Origin: Octopus sinensis
Lineage: Eukaryota
Direction of reading: 5' to 3'
Length of the DNA stretch: 64,000 nucleotides
Assembly: GCF_006345805.1 (NCBI RefSeq)
Contig: NC_043010.1
Span: 53,816,001 to 53,880,000, forward strand
The notes under the pieces are model-generated. The model searched no databases. It saw only the letters and a program-made list of their open reading frames with translations, and was not told the origin of the DNA. The translations under genes were made by a program, and so were the position numbers. Below, in pieces: positions 53,835 through 64,000 of the stretch (positions are counted from its first letter, which is position 1; each line of letters opens with the position of its first letter).

Positions 53835-55075
53835 CTATATCGAATGCTCCGCTCAACTGGTCGATTCCAGGAGGATGAAATGAAAAGTCAACCTCGATGA
53901 ACCCAGGGAGTACAACCGGAAAAAATGCCGCTAAGCATATTCTACGACATGGTATATATTTCGCCTAGCCACCACCATAAATGTTTTGAATAATATTCCT
54001 TTTCAGCAATAGAAACAAGTCTTGAATTCCTGTGTGTGTGTGACTGGGGGTGAGTTTTCAGATAATCAACGCTATCCCTACCTGTAATTGGCTGGTACTT
54101 ATTTTACCGATTCCGAAAAAATGAATAACCAAATCGACCTCGGCTATATTTGAGCGCAAAGCGTAAAGCCGAAATTTATGGCGCCAGTGACTTTGTCCGG
54201 TACGCTAACCATTCTATGCGTTTGACACTTCCCTGGAACATAAACTTTTCTACTGTCAGCAGAAGACTCGAAATTTTGTGAGAAAAGTCTACTTGAGCAC
54301 ATTGAACATAATGTCCGATTAATATTTATTTTATTCACCCCGAACGGATAAAAAGCAAAGTCGGCATTGGCGGAGCTTGAACTCAGAATGTAATGATGGA
54401 CGAAATGCCGTTAAGCATTTTGTCCGGGGTACTATCGATTCCGCCGGCTGGCCGCCTTAGGTTTTTGACTAAATATGGTTTCAAAGTGTTGGCTCAAGGA
54501 TAGCAAGGACGACGAATGGGGCTAATTCGATTACATTGACCCCCATCCCCGTGCTCAGCTGTTACTTATTTTATCGAACCTGAGAGGTTGTAGACCAAAG
54601 TTGACCTCAGCGAATTTGAATTTAGAATGTAAAGATAGACGAAATGCCGCCAAGTATTTTGTCCTGGTGTGCTAACGATTCTTTTCTACTCTAGGCAAAG
54701 GCCCAAAATGTTGGGAGAGGGGGCCAGTCGATTACATCGACTCCAGAATGCCGACTGGTACTTAATTTATCCAGCCCAAAAAGATGAAAGACAAAGTTGA
54801 CCTCGGCGGAATTTGAACTCAGAACTTAAAGACAGACGAAATACCTATTTCTTTACTACCCACAAGGGGCTAAACACAGAGAGACAAAGAAGGAGAGACA
54901 AACGGATTAAGTCGATTATATCGACCCCATTGCGTACCTGGTACTTATTTAATCGACTCCGAAAGGATGGAAGGCAAAGTCGACCTCGGCAGAATTTGAA
55001 CTCAGAACGTAACGGCAGACGAAATACCATTAAGCATTTCACCCGGCGTGCTGACGTTTCTGCCAGCGCGCCGCT
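53835..55075 (-). mobile_element. Cluster of about six S2 copies of differing divergence, all on the minus strand
   Basis: The aaag.c.acctcg.cg.a.tttgaac motif or variants recur at ~53885, 54130, 54355, 54597, 54795 and 54975. The last copy (54841-55075) is full length. Confidence 0.8.
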
Positions 55076-55147
55076 TTGCATTCTTGACTAATAATAGATG
55101 CAAACGCAGTTGTTACAGATAAGGTAATAATGGGACATTATTTTTTT

Positions 55148-55387
55148 GCCGGCGCAATGGCCCAGTGGATAGGGCAGCGGAATCGCGGTTGTAGGGTCGC
55201 AGTGTCGATTCTCAGACCCGGCGTCGTGAGTGTTTATTCAGCAAAAACACCTAAAGCCACACGAGGCTCCGGCAGGCGGGTGTAGCGATCCCTGCTGTAC
55301 ACTTTCGCCACAACTTTCTCTCACTCTTCTGTTGACCTGCTCGCTTAGCCAGTGAGGTGGCGTCATTTGAAGGCTAAAACAATGCGG
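55148..55387 (+). mobile_element. tRNA-derived SINE (head B + body B + tail W)
   Basis: ggcgcaatggcccagtgg...aaaacacctaaagccacacgaggctccggcagg. The tail differs from X and Z. Confidence 0.85.
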
Positions 55388-56312
55388 TGATGTTATTTTT
55401 GCCAGTTAAGTTCTGTTTTGACCTCGGAACAATTATTTTAAGCATTTATATTCAAACAGATTTTGAGTCAAATGTTTTAAATCTCGTCTATATCTACATT
55501 AAGATGTTTGATCTTGCTAACCACATAATCTGGAGGTGAAGATAATTGGTAATGTATCAGTTTAGAGAGATAATATTAGGCACAAGGAGGAGATAAAGTC
55601 ACAAATATATGTTTCATATGTGTCTCCTGTATCTCATCCTTTTGAAGAGTTGCTATTAACTAAAGTCATCCAACGCATTAAATGATGTCGTAGTGAATAA
55701 TTTATATCTTAGAATACGAGGAAAGTTTTCATCTTTAATATTTAAAAATATAATCCTCCAGGATAGCAGATCTGAATAGGCTACACATGAAAGAGAGGGA
55801 AAATGAAACAGCATTCTTGATACTCTTGATACTCTTGATATAGCGATGTTACCGTATATAGAAGAGAAACTAGATATTTAGGGAAAAAAAGAACATCTAT
55901 AAAACATAAATAATCGCCTTTGAACTTGAAGTATTGAAGTATTTTCAGTAATACACTTCTCAACAATACCGTTCAGCAGTGGAATGAGATTTAGAGAACA
56001 ATATCATACTTCGATATTCAATTAGAGATAGGCTTCCCATGTATAAAGTTCAGAAAAATACATAGACAGTTATCAAATCTCATTATAGAAGGTTGGCTAT
56101 CAAATATTCCTTTCAAATGGAATCAATATTCCACTTCAGAATCTTGATATCAATATGAGATATCAAATGCACTTGTATGAAATAAAAGTGCCACACTTTG
56201 ATAAAAGCATAAAATGAAAGCATGTTCTAATATAAAAATCACACACACACACAGATACACATATACACACATACACGTACATACTCAATGAGTTCAGGAT
56301 GCGTTGTCTCAC

Positions 56313-56432
56313 CTGGTCGAAGACATTTAGTGTTCTTTAACACAAGGCGTCCTGTTAAGAGGTTTCCCAGGACGCTGTCAGCTGCTCCATTGCTTGTGGG
56401 CGTTTGATCCAAGGAGTGTGCGTCCAATAACG
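56313..56432 (-). CDS. Candidate internal exon (120 nt, phase 1-1), LLDAHSLDQTPTSNGAADSVLGNLLTGRLVLKNTKCLRP(G)
   Basis: Strong donor CAG|GTGAGA and an open frame that is phase-compatible with 53605-53783. The acceptor (aatctaag) is weak. Confidence 0.2.
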
Positions 56433-56725
56433 CTTAGATTACCAGAGCTGATTTTAATAATTTTTACACACACACACACACATTACACACACACACACAC
56501 ATACACACACACACACTTCACACACAGACACACGCACACACACACACACACGGAACCGATTTCCTAGAAAAGACAGCAACCACCGGGATTACATAAATCC
56601 CTTTAAACTCATTTTGATATATATATATATTATATATATATATATATACAGGTGACCAGTAAATTCCACCGCGGTAAATTCCACCACCAGGTAAATTCCA
56701 CCATGTTAAATTTCACCATAGGTGA

Positions 56726-56779
<54 letters not shown>

Positions 56780-58234
56780 TTATTGGTTACGATATTATGG
56801 AACTAAAAAAAAAACAAAATAACGACCAGGCTTTAAAAAATACAAGTACTGGGCTGAATTCCTTCGAGTAAAATTTCTCCCAGGATGTGCCCCAGCACAG
56901 CCGCACTCTAATGTCTGAAACAAGTGAAAGATAAATAATGATACGCAGGTATTCTGTTAGTGGGCGAAAACTGCGTCACGTACTAACTTTTTGTATGTAG
57001 AAGACGCACGTCATCTACACGCACTGAAGGCGTGTGGATATACCATTATTTTCATGTCTAAAACAGACTTCAGCAAAAAAAATATGAAAAAGCGTAAAGG
57101 TATTTCATGCAAGTGACAAAAATATTTTTAATTCATTATTTTTCAGTAGATGATACATCATTTATGTACGAAATATACAAATTTTATCCTTTAATTTTAA
57201 GTCTTTCTCTGTACATAGCAATGTACGTTCTACATGTTGTTAGCGACTTAACTATTGACTAAGCTGTTCAAAGTTTAATATACTTCGAGAGAGAAAACGA
57301 TCATACCTAGAGGTCGGTAAGTATTAGAGATTGCATAGTTTTTAATGGAACAAACCATTAAAAAAAGTGTTTAAGCTGCGGATACTTATTCGATAGTAAC
57401 GTGATGTGGAGTCGTTCCCAGCATCAGTATGTATTCATATATTGCCATTTTCTTTACACGAATCATCCGTCTACATCCGATAGCTTTTGTTTGTAGACAG
57501 TCTTATGATTAGAAGAAGCGCATAAGTTTGAGACAGCAGATAAGAAGGATTTTGTAATTCCATAATTTGACTCGTCCTGGAAAGTTTTCTTCGATTGATA
57601 TTGGTTGTGATAATACTGAAATCTCTTCTTATGAAATATGATAGCTATGGCTTACGAATTAATGTTTATTAGGAAGCTTTAGGAATATCTTGACGGCTAT
57701 GGTATCTACATTTATACCATAATGTGTATTATATCATGTAATATTCCTTGTGCTATTTTGACGTTTATGAATATTAGTGATGTTCTCTATATAATATTAA
57801 GTTATGCTGTTCCTATTAAAATCACCTAATGTTTCTAGAATAATTAGGGTGAAGGAGTGAATTTACATGATTATATAGGAATATCTACTTACGTCTACTA
57901 CAAAGAAATGCTTACTTGTAAGTATGCATAGACGTATACCCAGGGAAATAATTACGTACCTCTGCACCTGCAGAGAACAGCCTTCTTTAAAATGTTGAGG
58001 AATAACAGCTTCTATGGAACAGCCATTCAAATTCCTCTAATGAATAATCCATCAGGTTTGTAACTTGCAGAACAAAGTATTTTGAGAAGTAATCCTAAAA
58101 CAAATGACATCTTTATGTACAATTACCTACTCGTGTATCAATGTATTCCAAATATTTTCCTTGAGGTATTGGCAGGCTGTTTTTTGAATTCAGTATTAAA
58201 ACTTATTTAAATCGATTTAAATTCGTATCAAACA

Positions 58235-58385
58235 TGCATGCTGTTTTTTGGATGGAAAAAATATGAATTCTGTCGACGAGGTCAGAACCATAGTGGAGGA
58301 GTACTTTTCGTCACGGAGAAGTGAATTTTGGAAGAGATGCCTTGCAGAACATTGCAGAAAATGAAGAAAATTATAATGGACATAG
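58235..58385 (+). pseudogene. Mariner transposase C-terminal remnant
   Basis: LDGKNMNSVDEVRTIVEEYFSSRRSEFWKRCL resembles the mariner L.GK.F.S...V......YF.S....F...G segment. Confidence 0.65.
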
Positions 58386-58544
58386 GTTCGTGTGTCACAT
58401 AGGTAGCTAGAGGCGATGGCCTCTGGGAGATAATCAACAGCTGGAAACAGCTGTAAATGTCTATCTAAACCTTCTATTATGGACCTATATTATACAGGCT
58501 TGTCAAGTCTTGTTGGTCTGTTTGCCTTTACATTTCTACTCTAA

Positions 58545-58600
<56 letters not shown>

Positions 58601-58730
58601 ATATATTATATGTATATATATATGTATATTATATATATATATATATAAATAATAAATATTAGGGAATAAATCCAAATTTACAGGGAAAAAAATCAGATTT
58701 AGGATTAAATCCAATTTTATAGTAAAATAT

Positions 58731-59031
58731 TATAAAATATTATTAGAGACAAAACCACTATTTTGCAAAACAAACAAGGAAAGACTTAATCAATACATAA
58801 AATTTTAATAAATAGTCAAAAAAACCGCCACTACAATCGTTTCTTGTCTTGATCGACTATCTTCATAATTTGAAACTGACTTATTGGAAGTCCACCTGAA
58901 GATTGTCGATCAAGACAAGAAACGATTGTAGTGGTGGTTTTTTTGACTATTTATTAAAATTTTATGTATTGATTAAGTCTTTCCTTGTTTGTTTTGCAAA
59001 ATAGTGGTTTTGTCTCTAATAATATTTTATA
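58731..59031. repeat. Near-perfect palindrome (127-bp arms, 47-nt spacer) of a PLE-type pseudo-LTR
   Basis: 58731-58857 is the reverse complement of 58905-59031, with about one mismatch. Confidence 0.92.
58892..58934 (+). ncRNA. Minimal type I hammerhead ribozyme (GUA)
   Basis: ccac CTGAAGA TTGTC gatcaa GACAA GAAAC gatt GTA gtgg. Stem I is a perfect 4 bp and stem II a perfect 5 bp, with U10.1-A11.1. Confidence 0.85.
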
Positions 59032-59073
59032 TATATATATATATCTATGTATATATATATATATATATGTATA

Positions 59074-59158
<85 letters not shown>

Positions 59159-59307
59159 ATATTGAATTGATGTTTTTTTTCTAATTTATATATATATATA
59201 TACACATAGGTACATATATATATATATAAATATATATAACTTTAGTTTCAGTCCGAGGACTGCAGCCATGTATGTATGTATGTATGTATGAATGTATGTG
59301 TATATGC

Positions 59308-59344
<37 letters not shown>

Positions 59345-59974
59345 CTCTCTGTCTATCTATCTATTTGTCTATCTATATTAATATATATATGAAACAGTAA
59401 CACCAATAAAGTAGCGAGCGATGCTATGAAAAGACAAAACGACCAGGACAGTAATAAGTAGCAATAAGAGTGTAAATAATTAAAAACGCAAATTAAATAC
59501 ATAATACATGGGTCATTGATGTCTTTCTCTTCTTTTTCTTCGCCCCCTTTTCTCTCTCTTCTTCCCCTCCCTTTCTTTCACTGTCTCCTCTACTTTCACT
59601 TTCGATACCACCTTTCTATCCCCAGGTCACTTGGGAGACTATTGGTGATAGGAAAAATTAATAAGAAAAACAAATTATTCTTCTAACACCCTAGCTGCAA
59701 ACAAATTATGAGAATATTGGGTGAAATAAATAACTTGACAACTTATTGAGAATATTTACCTTTCTGTCTGATGAACAAATGAATTTTTATATCGTTAGTC
59801 TTTAATGTTTTTTAAAAGAGCAAACAATCAAGAGTTTTGTTTCATCAATAAATCTTATGATATTTCCCGCCTTGGCAGTCTCTCTCTATCTCTATCTTTA
59901 ATCCGTTCTCTAGTGTGTTGTATTCTCTCTCTTACGCTTTTTATCATGCTCTCTCTATTGGTGTCTATAACTCT

Positions 59975-59975
59975 G

Positions 59976-60034
<59 letters not shown>

Positions 60035-60035
60035 A

Positions 60036-60086
<51 letters not shown>

Positions 60087-60093
60087 ATATCTA

Positions 60094-60132
<39 letters not shown>

Positions 60133-60394
60133 ATCTTCTTCTGTCTGTTTTTCTGTCTCTCTGTTTTTCTTTCTTTCTATCATCTATCTATCCACCTATC
60201 TGTCCGTCTGTTCGTCTGTCTGTCTGTCTATCTATATGTCTGCCCCTCCATCCGTCTGTCTCTCTGATTGTCTGTCTGTGTGTCTGTTTGCTGCCTGCCT
60301 AAATATCTGTCTCTCTATCAATTTATTTATCTGCCTATCTATTTATCTATTTATCTATCCATTTATTTACCTACCTACCTACCTACCTACCTAC

Positions 60395-60448
<54 letters not shown>

Positions 60449-60637
60449 GTCTATCTATATATCTGTATATCTGTGTATCTGTGTGTCTGTCTGTCTGTCT
60501 GCCTGCCTGTATGTCTGTCTGTCTGTCTCTCTCTATCTATCTATCTACCTATCTATCTACCTATCTATCAGTCTGTCTGTCTATCTGTCTTTGTGTCTGT
60601 CTGTCTATCTGTTTTTCTGCCTACCTGTCTGCCCGTC

Positions 60638-60673
<36 letters not shown>

Positions 60674-60674
60674 C

Positions 60675-60712
<38 letters not shown>

Positions 60713-60830
60713 TATTAATTGTGTATCTATCAATTTACCTATTGTCTATTTATCTATCAATCTATATGTCTACCAGTCTACTTGTTTATCTGATTTCCTG
60801 TCTTTCTGCCAGTCAAAGTTTCTGTTTGTA
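59975..60830. repeat. (ATCT)/(GTCT)/(ACCT) compound tetranucleotide tract
   Basis: Visible arrays. They explain the LSIY/CLSV ORFs. Confidence 0.95.
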
Positions 60831-61479
60831 TCTCATATCAAATCTCATTTGATACGTATATAATTCCCTCTCCGATCTCCTATCCGTTTCCCTATATTTT
60901 ATTTCGTCTCTCTCATCAATATTTCATTGTACATCATTATGTCTCATTAGAGTAACTACGATTTTGTAAAATTGTTTAGAACCATATATATTCATTGTCT
61001 CCAATGAAAAATGACGGTTTGGGACTTTCTATTCTGAGAATGAACTCTCTTTAGAATACTTGGTCAGTTTGTCTGGTAGCAGAGGGATGATGGTGGTCTT
61101 AGTGAAATATCAGGTCACGGTTAATTCGTGAACTTAGCACAAATACAAATTTGGTATGCCTTACACACACACACTCACACACTCACACACACACATACAC
61201 AAGCACACACACACAAACACACAACACAAGCACACACACACACACACATTCTCTCTCTCTCTCTCTTTCTCACACACACAAATACGCTCTTGTATATTAA
61301 ATACTAAATACATCTACAGGTATACAAATATACGCAAATACAAGCATAAAAACATACACTCTAATATTTATACAGGTCTTGTTAGGTATACGAAGCCTGA
61401 TCAATAGGTATCCGCAATGCTGTTATAGTAACAAAGCTAAAGCACTCAGAGTGAAGCCGCTTGCCAAAGATTGGACCTT

Positions 61480-62047
61480 GAACGCTGCTGTGCACCTGCA
61501 CTAAGTTTTACCGTTGTAGCTAACTTCCGCTTAGAAGGAAGGTGTGTAGCGGGTGATCATGGCATTGACCATGAGATAGAAAGTTGTCCTAGCGATACCT
61601 GCTCAGAGGCCTACTCAAAGTTGTAGAAAGTGTATGAGAAGGGGTGTATGAGCCACACACAAATGTACGAGAACTTCAGATGTTTCCAAGAGGGCGGAAA
61701 AAATATGTATTTCTTTACTACCCACAAGGGGCTAAACATAAAGGGGACAAACAAGGACAGACAAAGGAATTAAATCAATTACATCGACGCCAGTGCAAAA
61801 CTGATACTTTATTTATCGACCCCGAAAAACTGAAAGGCAAAGTCGACCTCAGCGGAATTTGAATTCAGAGCGTAACGACAGACGAAATACGGCTAAGCAT
61901 TTCGCCCAGCGCGCTCACGTTTCTGCCAGCTCGCAGAAAAAATATTGATGAACGTTCTGGGGGACCTGCAACCAGGAGAACCGCGAAAAACATCAGAAAT
62001 GTGCGTGCAGCTGTGAGGGTTAAATCATCGAATCATTATCCGTGAGT
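61480..62047 (+). mobile_element. Mariner 5' remnant (N-terminal HTH region), interrupted by an S2 copy
   Basis: DTCSEAYSKL*KVYEKGCMSHTQMYENFRCFQEGRK resumes after the SINE as IDERSGGPATRRTAKNIRNVRAAVR...IIRE. Confidence 0.8.
61707..61935 (-). mobile_element. S2 full-length copy with 10-bp target-site duplication
   Basis: gaaaaaatat is present at 61697-61706 and 61936-61945. Confidence 0.92.
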
Positions 62048-62224
62048 AATCAAAGGAAGTGCAGATTAATTGCGGTTCCCATCAGTCCATTATCACTGAA
62101 GATTTGAGTCGAGACGCATGTCTGACAAGTGAGTGACAAAACTGCTTGCAGCTGACCAAAAGGACACTCAGGCTTTAGTCTGCACAAGACCTTCTTGATT
62201 GTTTTGAGAACGACGAAAAGGGTT

Positions 62225-62400
62225 TGAAAACTTTGCGGAGGTCTTTGAGCAGGTATCGCCAAGCTTTTGGCAAAATTTGATAGAGATTCTCTGCTCAACT
62301 TTCTCTGTAGAGGACAATGCATAGACCACACGCTACACACCTTCACTCCAAGCATTGTTCTAAATTGGAGAAGTTTAGCAATTACAACTCCTCGATGGTA
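62225..62400 (-). mobile_element. Mariner 5' remnant in the opposite orientation
   Basis: Minus strand: TEKVEQRISIKFCQKLGDTCSKTS. The leader gaaggtgtgtagcg is shared with 61547. Confidence 0.8.
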
Positions 62401-62909
62401 TCCAGGTTTATGGACCTCAGGTGAACGGTTGTGGTTGACAGGCACTGAGGCAGTTTGAGACTTCCCTCTATTGTTACATTTGTTGTATTTCAACAGTGTT
62501 TATTCAACACTATTCCGCAACTCGTCCTCCTCCTTCTCACTGTATGTTCTTATTTCCGTACAGAATTTAATTTGGTAGAACAGGCTTTACCATTGTTTTA
62601 GAGCATGAACAAAATTTGACGTCGAGGAACTCTCGAAGCATTAAGCATTTCCCCAGTTTCAGTGCCTGGAGTCTCAGATCTTTACTCTGTAATATACTGC
62701 CCTCCTTTATAAATGGTGTAGGTAATGCCTAGCGATTTATTTCAATATAAATGCCTACAAGAAAGAAAAACAGAGGCGGCTATATCATGAAATATACTTA
62801 AACGTAATGCGTAGGGACACACATATACAAGCAAGAGGAGTATTGAATTTGTGAAATAACTGCGGTGTTTCCATCATCTCTGCTATCGCCGTATATGTGT
62901 GTGTGTATA

Positions 62910-62951
<42 letters not shown>

Positions 62952-63159
62952 GATATGTGTACACACACGTGCATATGTACGTACATACGTATATAATAAT
63001 AATATAATAATAATAATAAAATAATAATAATAATAAAAGTTATATATATATATATATATATGATAAAGGAATATATATATTATATATATTTATACATATA
63101 CATATATGTATATCTGTATATACATATATGTATATACGTATATATGAATTTGTGAGTAC

Positions 63160-63213
<54 letters not shown>

Positions 63214-63812
63214 GTATTTACACACACATATATATGTATATATATATTTATGCATTTATATTACACACACAAACACACACTCACACAAACGCATACAATC
63301 ATGCACAATCGCATACGCAACATACACACGTATGTTTGAACGAACAGTTAATATAATTGCGCTTTTCGTTGCGGCAGTTTGGATCAATCACAAGAACGCA
63401 TATGCTTGCTATTACTATTATGAAATGACATAAATATTACTCTCCTCGAATATTCTGTCTCCCATAATAGTCAGTATTCAGCTGTTAGTCTAAGTGGAAG
63501 TTATACTAATTCCCTCGTATAATAAATTCATTGATATGCACACTGCTTCACTCTATCTGATTTTATGTAGATGTATGTGTCCAGCTGGTTAAATCTAAGG
63601 TTGAATAAAGTTGTGACGCATATATTTGAGATCACGGCTGCAGGTAAATTACAATAAACATACAGGTGTACGTGAATATATACTTATAGATCAATCTGTG
63701 TATGAATGTGACATGCGTATCAATACATTATATATATATATATATGTATATGAATATTTTGATATATATGAATATAGACATATTGATAAGTATATATAAG
63801 TGTGTATATATG

Positions 63813-63858
<46 letters not shown>

Positions 63859-64000
63859 CATATGCGCATAAAACCTCACATGTGTTTACATGCTTTCATA
63901 CACACTCCCCTATCAGATCAACACACTCAATTATGTTATCATTCTAATTGGTATGATGGAAGTAAAACACACCCATTATCTATCAATATCTACATCTGTA

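Noticed and set aside
57956-58095. Minus-strand exon or Gypsy integrase fragment (DYFSKYFVLQ...)
   Set aside because: The frame with the best acceptor hits a stop before the donor. The alternative frame is phase-incompatible with the 56.4-kb candidate, and the integrase similarity is limited to five residues.

Overview
This is very AT-rich, microsatellite-saturated animal genomic DNA. The repeat landscape (tRNA-headed SINEs, (TA)n/(ATCT)n/(AAT)n tracts) is what I associate with cephalopod/Octopus genomes; that assignment is an inference. No intact, nameable host gene was found, and nearly all long ORFs in the supplied track are microsatellite artefacts. The window is a mosaic of decayed mobile elements: two Penelope-like retroelements (RT + GIY-YIG), two tandem R4/Dong-type non-LTR elements embedded in (ATT)n, DD34D mariner and DD37D/maT-like remnants, a non-autonomous Helitron, more than 30 SINE copies or fragments with shuffled modules, and a 22-bp minisatellite that inverts mid-array. 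The most striking signal is about ten type I hammerhead-ribozyme motifs from at least seven unrelated sequence families, including canonical cores and U3-A8 variants. Most lie 30-155 bp upstream of a (TA)n tract. In four families the ribozyme sits at the inner end of a head-to-head fold-back palindrome. Two weak candidate exons on the minus strand join in frame.
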